A stretch of 64,000 nt of DNA from Azolla caroliniana (Eukaryota > Plantae > Polypodiophyta), in the NCBI GenBank assembly GCA_043228905.1, contig JBHGNT010000009.1, positions 5,208,001 through 5,272,000 on the forward strand. The letters are read 5' to 3'. Shown piece by piece: positions 11,913 to 25,300 of this stretch. The stretch's first letter is position 1, and each line of letters opens with the position of its first letter. The notes under the pieces were generated by a model, which ran no database searches, had not been told where the DNA came from, and was given only the letters and a program-made list of their open reading frames with translations. Made by a program: the position numbers and the translations under genes.

Positions 11913-13340
11913 TGGAAGAGAGACATTGTGGCACAAAATAAAATTGATTTGTTTCTCGTCTATCTTCTACCTTGGCAATTCTCTTTGTATTCAGAAAGCT
12001 GGATCGTCAAAGAATCCGTTTGAATAAAATAGTCATATTAGTGTGTCATCTTTGTGATTATGTCCGAACAGTGATATCATACTGTTGCTTGAAGCCTTTT
12101 TTTTAGTGGGCTTCTTTGCGTGTGAAATGGGCATTGCTGTCAATGCATTACCATATTTTTCATAAATGGTTAACGCCAGAAAGTGTACCTGGTACTGTCT
12201 TTTCCCCTTATTAGTGTAATGTGGATCTTCCAATCAGCTTTTAGATTACAAAGGGTTTATGGTGGCTGATCCAAAAAATATATATGGGAAATATAATATG
12301 AGTTCATATCCTTGCATAGTTCAAGCTTGTACGATCCTTGCAAAGTTGCATATGTATTTGACATTTTGTTGGATGATTTACGGATCATTTTAGTGTGTTG
12401 TAACACCATACTTTCGGAATGGCATGTTATGTTACATATTTTCTTTTATACTAATTTCAAAGCTTCTAACCTTGTTTTGCTTGTTATTGTCTATCCATAA
12501 TGTTATTGTCTTTATGACTTTGTAGAAGCTTTCTTCCTTGGCAATAACCTCCTCATGCATTGTAGGGTCTAGAGCTGAAAGCCCCTTGACTTTCAATATA
12601 TTCATTCAGTTGATGGGCTTTAGCTATAGCCTTATATCTCCAATGAACCGTATAACCCTGAACCCTAAATGCTTCAATTGAGGGTTCTCAAACAATGAGT
12701 TAAAGGAAGAAATTGTGCACATTCTCAACCTTGACTTCTCTTGTAAGACGCAATGGCATTTGCACAATGCATCAATGTAGATGTCTCCATGCTCCACTCA
12801 TTATTGCAGGAGTGTGAGATCATGTGCAAAAGCAAGAAACAGCCCAACTTTGATAGATTGAGAGAGTTGATGGTGAATTTGCAGCATGTGGCATTCCACT
12901 TAGAGAGAAACGGGGGAGAAGATTCAAAGACCAATGTAGGATATGAGATCAATAATGTAATGTGTGTGTCTTTATTGAATAGGGGAAAAGCAGTGTCCAC
13001 CTAAAAGCTATAAAATGATTCTGTCTAACAAAGCTCATGAATTCATCTGGACATTGTTTTTATATGACATTCGTATCAAATGGTAATGAAAGAAAGTATT
13101 GGGATTCTTAGCTTGTCCATCATCATAAGAAGCTTTGTCAAAAGGTTTTGTATACCCCGTCTCAACTGTGACAAGCCATGGTGAGCAGCAATACATACTT
13201 GAATGAACTGTGATATATCCTACAACTGTATGTACATATGTATGTATGTTGTTGGAAGTGATAAATGGATGCTTCTGGGCTGCATGGGGAAGTATTGTCC
13301 ATATAACAAAAATAAGATATGGTTTGAGAGTTAATCCATT

Positions 13341-13345
<5 letters not shown>

Positions 13346-13387
<42 letters not shown>
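13346..13387. repeat. (GA)n microsatellite upstream of the kinase gene (possible GAGA element)
   Basis: Direct read; about 110 bp before the predicted ATG. Confidence 0.85.
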
Positions 13388-13388
<1 letters not shown>

Positions 13389-13493
13389 AGTCTTTCTTAG
13401 GGCCCTGTTTCCAAACAGGGATGAAGTGACCCAAGACCTTTCTGTCTCTGTCTCTCCCCCCCCCTTTTTGAAGCTCAGATCTTTCGCCCAGCT

Positions 13494-16400
13494 ATGGCCA
13501 TGCACACTTATACTCTAAGCCTGGACATCGCTCATACCTGCCTTCTTCACTCTTATACCAAATTCACTAAACCTTTGAAGCCTCCTTCTCAGTTAAGAAT
13601 AAGTAAGCATCTTATCCCATAACGGCTAACCCCTGCTCTTTTTTTATTTATTTATGGGTTCTGATTCATTTCTTCCCTGTCACTGCCCTCTAAATCTTGG
13701 TAAATTATTTGCCTTTTTTTTGGTCAGATTATAATGTTTTTTCCAATTAATTTCTTCTTCGTTTTTGGTTCTAGTGGCATCTTCTTCATTACAGGGAGAT
13801 CCTATCAAGGATTGGATTGTGGGAGAAGGAGGTGCTTCTAAAATAACTAAGATACGGTCAGTGGGCGGTGGATGCATCAACAATGCTGCCCATTATGAGA
13901 CCGATTCGGGATCTTTCTTTGTGAAAACCAATAGGTAAGTCTATTTTGCCGTTATTTATTTCAAGCTGAATCCAGTGGTAAATTAATGGTTTCACATATA
14001 ACATTGCTTTCAGTCATGAAATTTTGTAATATGCTTTGATTTTCCATCCTCGTAGGCGTTACGTTTGAAGCCTACAATAAGGTTTTTCACGAAACTTTGC
14101 ATTCAATCACGACACACTGCCGAAGATTGTCAAGTTTCTGATATGCCTTATTTTATTGGTCTTCATAGGCCTTAGGTTTGAAGGCAAAAGTGAAGCTTCA
14201 CATGTAACATTGTATAGGTAAGGTGCTGCATGCAACATTGTATTCGAATATGAAGCTCTCCCGTAACTCCACAATTAGCTTCCTCATCTATAGTAGCCTT
14301 TTCAAGTTTGCACCCTGATGTTTCCGATACACTCGCTTAAAAGAGGACCAGGAATCAGAATTTTGGATCTATGCATAAACTAGGAAAATTATTGACAGAA
14401 GTTTGAAAATTTCTAGAAGAAATGAAAGTCTGATTTTGTTAACATTCTTTATTTAGTTGTTCTAAATGCTATTTATGATCATCGTAGAGACATAGGGCCA
14501 GCTATGTTTGAAGGTGAGGCAGTGGGTCTCGAAGCAATGCATGCTACCAACACTATTAGAGTGCCAAAGCCCTTCAAGGTAAACCACTATAAATGCATTA
14601 TTATTAAGTGTTAGTATTGTTTTAGTTAGCCTGGAATAGTGATTCCTTTTGCTTGATATGTTTTCTAGGCAGGGCCACTACCAGGCCGAGGTTCCTACAT
14701 TATTATGGAGTATATTGACTTTGGCCCAACTAGAAGCCAGGTATGCAATGTTTTTTATTTTTTTACTCTCAATTCTATGATATAATCACATGTTGCACAC
14801 AAATATATTTAGTCTTCTCCTCGCATGCATCTGAAATGAAGGCTGATTAGAGCAGAATGTGGATTTACCTTGTGCAAAAGTTAAAATATTAGACTACCAT
14901 TTTCTTTCTAAAGTTGATATTGTGACTCCCCTGGGGCGAATTCAAACTAGAATTTTGCCAGATCCTTACTCTTGCAGTTCTTTTGTAATAAAGGTGATCA
15001 TTTATGCAAAAGCCCAAGCCCATTCTTCAGCTTAGGGTATCAAGATACTAGTGGGTTTGATTTCTTTCGCTAATTCACTTGGCTTTGCACACTTATTTCT
15101 AATTTGTAAACATGCTTTTAGTTGCAGTGTGAGATCATGTGATCATTTGATTGAATGCTTTAATGGAAGTATACGTTAAATGAAGACATCAGTTGCAATG
15201 TCTTGGAATATCATCTAACATTGCAAAAAAAAAAACTGTTTGTGTTTTTCATCATCATCATCTAGGCAGATCTTGGAAGAAAACTTGCAGAGATGCACAA
15301 GGTTGGGACAAGTGAAAAAGGATTCGGCTTTCCTATGGATAACACAATTGGAAGGTAAAACTTACAGCAATGCACAAGGTTGGGACAAGGGAAAAAGGAT
15401 TTCGCTTTCCTATGGGCTATTGGTGCCAATATAATCTATAATGTATATTAAAATAGATATAGGCTCATTTCTAGTTCTGCCCATTAATGAAAAACTTAAT
15501 ATGTTGCAGTACACCTCAACAGAATCCTTGGACAGATGATTGGATTACCTTCTATAGTGAACATAGATTAGGTTATCAACTTAAACTTGCACAACAACAA
15601 TACCGCGATAACGATCTCTACACAAAAGGTAAGAAGGACTTATGTCAAACTTAAATAACAAATTCAAGTTACTGACCTCAAGATGAAAGGCTTTATATTG
15701 CAAATAAATTGCTGCTAATTTCAGGTCAAAAACTTCTGCAGAACTTGGGTATGCTTTTCAAGGATACAGAGGTGAAGCCATGCCTTCTTCATGGAGATCT
15801 ATGGAGTGGAAATGTAGCATCTGATAAGGAAGGAAACCCTGTCATACTTGATCCTGCTTGCTATTGTAAGTATAAGTTGAAGCTCATAATGTTGTTTGAG
15901 TTTGAATGTCGATGTCAATTAACAGCGTGATTTAAGAATGTAGATTATCATATAAACTTATTTCAACCCAAACAAAAGAAAATAGAAAAATATAGGGTAA
16001 TACTCCCAAGATAGTGTTTCAGTGATTATAGGACGTTCAACCCAAGCAAAAGAAAAAAGAAAAATATAGGATTTCATATGGCCATGTGAGAAACTAGGTA
16101 GCTTATCTCATTCTAATGATTGATCTTTATTGTTATGACAAGATGGGCACAATGAGGCGGAGTTTGGGATGTCATGGTGTGCTGGTTTTGGATCTTCATT
16201 TTATGATGCATATTTTGAAGTAAGTTCATCTGCCATATATTGTTGTTTCTTTGAGCACTCTCCTTCATTTGCTAGTGAAATCATTTTGAAAATACCCTCA
16301 GTCTCCCTTGATGTCCCCAAATGCACGATATTTTGTTATTTGCCCAGGTACTCTTGGTCAATCCTTTGAAAAGAGAACAAATAGCACATGTAAATGAGAG

Positions 16401-16839
16401 AAAAGAGATTACTTGACCATATCATATAGGATTTCATAATTTTGTTGTTTCAAGTGGTAAAGGCATTTGGGCAAATAAAGAAATTAAACTCAGGTGCATT
16501 TTGGAGTTTTTCAGTATAGGAATAATATTTAGTAGATGTTTTTGTGCTTGAAAACTTTCCTTTATAGTGATATGTAAATTCAATTCTCTCTTCACTTCCC
16601 ATGGTGTTGGCTTATATTTTGTCTTAAAATTAGTAGTATCTATAATGCACTCTGCTTAATATATAAATCTGAAGATATTTTTTGTGGAATAGGTAATGCC
16701 GAAACAGCCAGGATTCGAACTGCGGACAGATTTGTATAAACTATACCACTATCTCAACCATTATAACATGTTTGGTTCAGGTTATCGTTCTTCATGTACA
16801 TCTATTGTCGATCAGTATGTACGTGTTCTAGGGTTGTAA
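13494..16839 (+). CDS. Fructosamine kinase family / protein-ribulosamine 3-kinase, probably chloroplastic; exons 13494-13602, 13775-13934, 14488-14578, 14669-14740, 15266-15354, 15510-15628, 15725-15865, 16143-16219, 16693-16839
   Basis: Spliced product has VGGGCIN, FFVKTNR, MFEGEA.GL, FGF.MDNTIGSTPQ.N.W, PCLLHGDLWSGN, LDPACYYGHNEAEFGM and LYHYLNHYNMFG. All introns are GT-AG. Exon 1 looks like a transit peptide and is less certain. Confidence 0.93.
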
Positions 16840-17918
16840 TCTATCACCACGATTTTATAAAAGTAAGGAATTCTTCCATTTCTTATATTTGATGTAACAT
16901 ATGATCCCGAGCGCTCAGATTGACATTTTACGGATCCAAAATCAGAAGTTTGGATTGCACTATTTTCTGATCTTCCAAAATGAAAAACACTTCAAACTCT
17001 TCTTACAAAGTATTGATGTATAACCTTCTCTATAATGTATAAAAATATTTAAACTCCTTCCATGGATTGTAAATTTGTACTAGCATTGCTTTCTCTTAGA
17101 GCATACATTTCATAGAATCTTATTCAATTGGTTTTGAGGATGATATCATTATCAATTAAGATCAGGCATGTAAGCTCACAAAAGTTCAGTAAATTGTGGA
17201 CCATTGTTGTTGGGTGGACATTTATGGTGATTAAAATATAGCTATTCAATGAACAATTATGGTAAATGCAAGGTTGTGCATGTTTTCTTAGTGGATGTAA
17301 GACAAACTATCACCGGGGACCCTCGATGATGGTCAATCCTACTCGGTTATGAAAGCGCCCTAACCATAAATTCGTCTAATATGTCGAATTATTTCTCATA
17401 TGTCAATTCAACTTCCTTCAAAACAATGATCAAATGTGATAATGTAGATAAGAAGGCATTTTAATAGGAAGTGTCATGTTCTATTTACCTTAGTGCTTCA
17501 ATCAACTGAGCTATTAATTCCCTTCATCACATTTTCATTCAAGAGAAGATGTCATAGATTATATATAGATTCCACAACCCAACCAACAGTCCTCCAATGT
17601 TACATATGAAATTGAACCAACCAAAAATGGCCTCCACTAGTTTTAAAGCATGTGTAATAAACATTGGTTCTATAAAAGAATCATTTTATTCGTCTATATA
17701 AAATAACATGCCCATTTGAGATTTGTGCTTGCATTCTCATTTTAGGTCATAGAATTAAAGATTTCGTTTGTATATTACCATTCACCATAAATTCTTTATG
17801 GTTTGGACTAAGTACTCTATGTTATCTACATTGAGTTCCAATACAATGGTTATTGTTGGGAATTATATCATATTTGTCCAAACTTTGGTTACTTGATCGT
17901 GACTCTCACGAAGCTCCA

Positions 17919-20792
17919 TTAAAATCTATCAAGCAACTCGGCATATAAAATCTCGTTCCATGCATCTGGCACACCAGGGAGACACCAATGTAAGCAATCT
18001 TGATGTTGTTGGTCTAGTTTATACTTTGAGATATGTGCATCATCCCGGAATGCTGAAATGTATGTAATGTTAAGAAGATGAATCCTTGTTCCTCTCACCG
18101 CATCCTCAGCTATCTTATCAACCACTTGACTAGACACATTTTTCTTCTCAACAGGGACAACGTTATTATCACATCGCCCCCCAGAATCCCACTCTCCTTC
18201 GAAAAAGTGTCGCGGTGAGAGAGACCGCATGTACACCTCGGCTTTCGTATAGTTGTGCGTTATCTTATCATCTAACCATGCCATGAGCTTGGTCAACGAG
18301 AGTCGCCGCAAGGAATCCAACGTTTGAAACCGAAGATCGGTGAATGGTTCCCCATTCATATAATGTATCCACTTATTAGCAACCATCTTTCCCCTATTCC
18401 AATGGTGGCCACTATTGAGAACTATAACATGCATGGTGTCAATGAACTTCTCTAGAAATAGTGGTGGGCGATCAAGGTGCACGGAGTAGAAGGTGTCCGG
18501 ATCGGTCTCATTGATCGGTTGGATGTCGCATAGAAGTACAGACCAGTAGTGTATGATTGTGGTGTTTGTTTTTATGAATCGATGTGCGACACCATCAGGA
18601 CGCCTGGCCCCGGGTGGAAGCTCAAGGCCATACACAAACCCGACATCTTCTACTGAGTTATCGTCTTTGCCACCAGTGAGCATGCACATCAATGACTGGT
18701 GTTGTTGCCTTCCCATTGAATCCCCGATAAATAAAATCACTTTATTTGACATCCTACAAAATGGCATATTGAATATTATTGTCATATCAAACTCAGTGAT
18801 CATATGCATAATCCAGGTGCACAAAGATAACATGAAATAAATCCTATATATTTGTTAAGGACCTAATACATATTCCTAAATGGTAACTTCTGGTTTCTTC
18901 TAAAAATGACTCACCTTCTAAGGAATCGTCGGCTATTAAAAAGTGGTAGATCGCATTCCGAGGGTTGCCAACGGTACTTTTCGTACTCAAAATCGGGGCG
19001 ATTTGGAGATAGTTGACATGCCCAAGAGCTCACAAGCCATCTTTTGCAACTCGCTCCCGAGTATAAAGGCTTTGCATTGGTCTTCACCCATTTACCCACA
19101 CTGTAATCACAACCTGAAAAAAAGACAAGACAGTGGAATAGTGCCACATTTAAAAAGACTACAAACAGAATACACATACATACAATTACATATACATGCA
19201 TGTATATAATTGATATACACATATGTATAAATACATCATATCAATATATACACATAAATAGATGCACAAATATATATATATATATATATATTTAGACATA
19301 GACAAATATACATGCATACACATACACAAACCCCCATACATACATATACAACACATATCTCTCATACATATGCATATCTCTCAAACTCAAAATTTTGGGA
19401 AAGACAATTACTCGACGTATATTTGATGCCGGTCCCTAATCGATATCTTCCTGCAAACATTATTAAGATGATCAGAGATAGATTAATATAATATATATGA
19501 ACTAGATTAACTCAATGAGCATATAAAACTATAGGTCAGCAATGCTTCATTAATCTATTATAGGCAATGTTAGGAAGTACAAAAAGGAAAAGAATAAACA
19601 AGCCAATATGAGAATAAAATGAGATGCTATCATGCAAATTGGATTAAGGAGGATTCAATCAGGACACATTAAATGGTAATCATCGATTGACACATACGTG
19701 ATGTATGTTCGCAATATTAGAGAATAAGAAATGGCCCCAAGAATATTATAAAATCATTTGTTTTGCAAAATAAATTTACATAATTTTTTTTAATTAACTC
19801 ACTAAAAAAAGCACAATCACTCATTAATAGAAATAGGAAAGGCTTCACATATGTATATGTATTCTATACTATGAACAGCCCAATGAATGCGAATATGTCA
19901 ATCTATGAATGGTATACATAACTGTAGATTTCAATTGCAAACTTAGGAAGCAAAACTAAAACAACAACAAAAATAATAATGAAACATGGATTAATGGGAA
20001 TTATTAACTGAGCATATAAAACCCCATACAGTCACAATGTTGGCATTAATCATTGGAACTTCCCATTAAGATTTCAAAAAAAAAACCATCACATCCATTT
20101 CCTAGAATCGCATGGAATGCAAGTTACAGAAAAATTCAAAAACCAAACAAAACGCAAAATATTCAGTCTTTCTGAATGGATGCAAGATATATGATGAAAT
20201 GGTTTGGCAGATCAGATGTATTACAGTTGGTTAATGATTCATCAGTAGATTCTTCTACTGAGAGAATGGGATTTTCGGCGATTACCCATGTATCTATCAT
20301 GGGCCTTAAGGCTCATCTTTCAGGCATTAATTATATTGCATCTGTCACACCATAATTTTGTAAAAAGCTAAATAGATCACACACACAAAAAAAGAAAGAA
20401 AAAGAGAGCCAGACAAGACAGACATTCTCATAATATTGATCAAAATGAGCAATAATAATAACATGATGGGTTGGTTCCAAAACAGATTTGGAGGAAGATT
20501 AAACTGAGAAGCAACTAAAATACATATATGGATATGGATATGTATCTGTAAGCGTATAGATGGATGCATATGCATATGTATATACATACATACATACATA
20601 CATGTACTCACTCTCATAGCACAATGTTATTATGTAAGACTGATTAATTTCATTACCCTGAAAAATGAGATGGTGGGTGAAGGTGTCCTGTGGGAACAGA
20701 TAAAGCAGACATGTGAAGGTCCCAATGAGTATGTATGTTGACACGATGGGCATCCAGAAACCTCTCCATCCAATCGATTTGAACCATTTCAT
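17919..20792 (-). CDS. Trichome birefringence-like (TBL/PC-esterase) O-acetyltransferase; exons 20792-20657, probable microexon 19450-19412, 19113-18915, 18753-17919
   Basis: N-terminal TM anchor; PMR5N motif CDYSVGKWV...YRWQPSECDLP; FIGDSMGRQQHQSLMCML (GDS) and DCLHWCLPGVPDAWNE (DxxH). Splice sites are in phase. Confidence 0.92.
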
Positions 20793-21282
20793 CTCTACTC
20801 CTACTCCTACTACTACTACTAAGGCTTAATTCTCAAAAACAATCGATAAGCTATGAACAAACTTGTGATCGCCCTCTTGTGCTTCTCCACAGAGCTGCTT
20901 TCCATATCCAGAAACAGAACAAACATTCACACAAAAAGAAGAAGAAGAAGAAGGAGAAGGAGAAGGAGAAGAAGCATGATCTTGATTCTTGGGCACATGG
21001 CAGATAATTTATTTAAAAACAAAGAAAAAGAAGAAGAAGAAGAAGAAGTTGAAGGATCTGAATCACATAAACCACCATACCTTACCATTACCATGTCTGC
21101 TCCTCTTTCTCCTGCACCGCCCTCTCCTCCTCCTCCTCTTGGGGCGGGCCATGGGACCAAAGGGCCTGAATTTTGTCGGGTTACTAGTAAAGTTTTTCGA
21201 GTAGCATTTTTTAATGTAATCAGACTGCAAAAACTAACATGTCATTTGATTGATTGAACAACATTTCAATTTGATTGATTTT

Positions 21283-21508
21283 GATATACAAAATGTGTTT
21301 TTAATAATGGAAAGCTCTGTATGTATGTATGATGCTTCATTCTTATACATTTTGATTTGATATACAAAAAAAAAGAAGTGTTTTTAATAATGGAAAGCTC
21401 TGTATGTATGTATGATGCTTCATTCTTATACATTTGATTTTGATATACAAAAAAAAAGTGTTTTTAATAATGGAAAGCTCTGTATGTACGATGCTTCATT
21501 CTTATACA
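21283..21508. repeat. Tandem repeat, 3 x ~80 bp
   Basis: GTGTTTTTAATAATGGAAAGCTCTGTATGTA..GATGCTTCATTCTTATACA occurs three times. Confidence 0.9.
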
Positions 21509-22559
21509 ATTTCATTAATATATATATAAAGTACACAAAAGAAGATGCACTAAATAAACATAACTACCTCACAAAGATAATGAAATACATAAAATAAAAT
21601 ATATCGTGTGTTAATTACTATATAATAAGTATATATAAGAAAAAAAAGGTTAGTAAAATTTTTGTTTTAACTTAAAACTTAAAACATTAAAATCAAACCT
21701 AGAGTTTACACTCTTAAAGTATGTTATTGTTTAGAATTTCCAACTAATATTATTAGTAAAGAAATTACGAATAAATATATTTGAGAATATATACCATCTT
21801 TATATGATGATGATATTATTTTAAGCGTGTCATAAAAAAAACATATAATAATTTTAAAAAATAAAACATATATAGTATAATATATATATATTACACACAC
21901 ACGTCATACTATCTATAATAAGTGACATATGTATGTATATATAATATATGTGACATGGACAATAGAATTTTAACATGTCATTTTGACATACATAATTTGT
22001 AGGGGCCTTTCGCATGAAAAATAGAAATTTAAACTTTATATGTCACTTGACGTGTATTTTTATTATGTGTATGCTTTTGACGGGCAAAATGGCCTTTGAT
22101 GGGCATGACACCTGTCAAATTCTTGCCTTACATGGGACCATGATGCATTGTGGGCCCAGAAGGAGCTTGCCGTGTTTGTACGTGGACATAGGGCGTCCCC
22201 CCATCCGGGGGGGCCATTCGTCTTGTTCGTTTGAAGGTGCTCTCGCTTCACTTTCTTGTACATTTGAAGGTGCTCTCGCGTCTCTTTCTCATACAGTGCC
22301 CACGACAGTGTCCACGTACTCGGCTCAAGCCTAAACCGTTTTGCTAAACCTGTTTAGTGGTTTAGCGACTCGGCTTAGGTTTGAGCTTGGTTCAGCTTAG
22401 CCGGAGCCTTGCCAAACTGGCTCAAATCGGTTAAGTCGGTTATGTCATTTAATAATTAGGTAAGAGAATGTTAGAACTTCAGATAGAGACTGAGAGTGTA
22501 AATACTTTAAACTCGACAAACTTAAACGAGAGTCAATTGTTGAGTCTCGACATAGACAT

Positions 22560-23900
22560 CAGAGAGAGAGAGAGAGATATTCTATTTCCGTCTTTGAAGG
22601 TCAAATATGACTGATGAGACCAAAAATATTACATTTCACGTAATACGTGTGAAAGTGAGTAGTAACTCTTGATGTTCAAGAACTTTACCAATGCATGTTG
22701 CAATCAAGAGTGCACATTGTGGTTATGAGAGAAATTTGTGCAAGGATTGGGCTTGGTCAAAGATGTGTGGAAAGCATGGTCAAATATTATCAAAGGCAAA
22801 GCATTGTATCAAAGTGTGATACTCAGAGTCTTGAACTTGTTTAGGGTGAAGTGTGAATAGTCGACTACTCTCATCACTTGTGCCCCAACGCCTCGGCTCA
22901 CATTGCAATGCATGTGAGCTAAGTTGCATAGAAGTAATGGTTTGAATGGCAAATAACGGGATGGGTTCTAACATGTATCAATGTGTACGGTTTTCCCATT
23001 CCGTGAAGAATATGGTTTTGTAGTTAGGTGCAACATGTGTAGTATAATGTGTGAAGCGTGAGCTTCCACATTTGTCCCATGTCATGATACATTGGTGTTG
23101 CAAAAAGGCCTCATTTACATAGGAATCTAGTGATGAAGCAAGTGTGTTCCATCTCATATACCAAACCATTTTTCCATATCTTGCATCCAACAAGAACACA
23201 AAATTTTGCGTTTATGTGTCGTTTAGATCTTTTTGCTTACTTCCCATCCAATTCTAGGAAGTCAATGTGAGGGAATTTTTTGAACCTTAAGCATGTATTC
23301 AACAACCCTTTCCATGGCCATGATCTCAATGGGAAGTGATCATGTCTCAAGTAGGAGGAGGGTGTAGGGCGTTTGTTTCTTAACTTGTAAAAACTTTGTA
23401 ATTTTGGACATTTTCAAACTCTTTCCAAGTAGATTTAGAGATGCTATTACCCTATACTTCCACCCCATAGAGAAGCACCCATGTCACCAAAGTGTCGAAA
23501 ATGTATTTCTTTAGGACCCAACACCTACTATCTCCATGATTGCATGTGTACTCAAATGCATAATATGTTCGTTTTATAGCCTCTAAGCGGCATGTAGCAC
23601 ATTCATTCCATCTATGATTTGAAGGAACTTCAAGGCCAAGATATTTAAAACTTTCCACACATTCAAGTGGCTCGTTATTGTATATAATGCATGGTTTATC
23701 TCTTTTTTGGCTCTTCACAAGCATAATCTTTGTTTTAGAGCTATTCACACTTAATTTAGTATGCATGGGAATCTTTTCTAATGGCTTCATAAGCTTTTGT
23801 GCATCTCGTAAAGTATTTGCATTTCCAAACTATTTCCAAGTAGACTTAGAGATTTGCAAACTATTTTCAAGTAGATTTAGTTGATACTATCGATGACGAA
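22560..23900 (-). mobile_element. Degraded 5'-truncated non-LTR retrotransposon (RTE-X/L2-like) with a (TC)n tail
   Basis: Broken ORFs: LSVNSSKTKIMLV...VESFKYLG...LLYGVEV (RT C-terminus) and LSSHALQCE..RW...DSEYHTLIQC. (GA)n on the + strand at 22561-22577. Confidence 0.8.
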
Positions 23901-24974
23901 GACCTCCCATTGAGCTTAGAGTATCTCTTGTAGCATGCACGCATTTAGGTAATACATTGATTAATCAGATAGCAAATATGTCGTTCAAATATCACTTGCA
24001 TAGCTCGAGACCCTGGATTCATAACTCTTTCAAAATGATTAGCGGCACATGAAATCCCAACCATTTTTTGTTATGATTTGATAACATATCTTCTCCTTGT
24101 TTTCTATTTTACCCTTCAAAGTTTCCAAACTTCTCGTAGTTTACATCATGCTCAAGCTTCACTTTATGTAGAGCTATTTTTTTTATCTCTGCATTGATTA
24201 GGTCATCCTAACGAATGTTGAAATGATGTTTTCTATCATTTTTATTATCAAATATGTGTGAGAGTGGGTGCTCTTATTTTTAAGATTGTTATAGCTACAT
24301 TTTATAATTTTCTTATCTATCAACTAATGTATGCATGTTCAGGTTCCTCACAAAGTGACTTTACACTAGAAAAAGAATATGTTTCTTTGTGTAATTGACA
24401 TGTCGTTACAATTCTTAGCTTTTTTGAGTTTGTTTTATGTGAATCACCATTTTGTTGAGAGTCGGATAGACTTTCAAGAGTTTGACTCTTCATCCTTTTA
24501 GTATGAAAAGACAAGGAGGGAAAAGAAAACTCATAAGATACAAGAACCCATGTAAACAATCCAGAACATGTTTCTAATGTTTAAGGGATCTTCTTCAATT
24601 CAAAACATTGATCCATCTTCTTTGTTTGTCATTCATTCTTTTTGATTTAACCTATTTAGGTTGAACTTGTTCAAAGCCTAAATAGGTCAAAGTTGAACCA
24701 CTTAATATAGGTTGGACTTGTTCATTGTATAAGGGTGCCAAATCTTATTGTCTCTTCCATTTTTCTGAAGAAGTAAACTCAACTTAATGTTGTTCATCTT
24801 CTATTTCAGTGTTGCTTTTCACATGTTTGATCTTGTTCAAAACCATTTCCATTAACAACTATCATGTAATTATGATAAACAAATATTCTTTTTTTATAGC
24901 CATGTTTACTATTTATTCTATGATTGTGTAACCCACCTCGCGCTCACTCTTTTGGGCTACTCGTTCACTCATTC

Positions 24975-25300
24975 ATCCTCTCTAATCACATGAAAACAAC
25001 TAAAACTCTTAATGCTTTCTTTAGCATTTCAATCTCAATCAATTATAGAATTTAATGGCAATTGAAACACATTATAAGGATCAAAATAGTGTATCATTAC
25101 TGTTTTGTATATATACTAAGCTTATTCTTTTTAAATGAAATTTTTGTCTTTGATTCTGTTTTTGTGTCGAATGGTCCTGAATAGATTATTTTGATCCTTA
25201 TAATGTGTTTCAATTGCCATTAAATTCTATAATTGGTTGAGATTGAAATGTTAAAGAAAGCATTAAGAGTTTTAGTTATTTTCATGTCATTAGAGAGGAT
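24975..25300. repeat. Long inverted repeat, 114-bp arms, ~98-bp spacer (fold-back/MITE-like)
   Basis: 24975-25088 is the reverse complement of 25187-25300 with only a few mismatches. Confidence 0.92.

Noticed and set aside
12525-13004. Coding-like stretch between the ATP synthase d and kinase genes
   Set aside because: Short ORFs on both strands with no recognisable motif; a call cannot be supported.
20853-21257. 134-aa ORF with poly-R/E/P
   Set aside because: Produced by GAA/GGA microsatellites in the TBL 5' region.
21905-22445. Possible Helitron 5' end or hAT-like subterminal repeats (also 25326-25440 and 29093)
   Set aside because: No matching partner terminus or TSD could be established.
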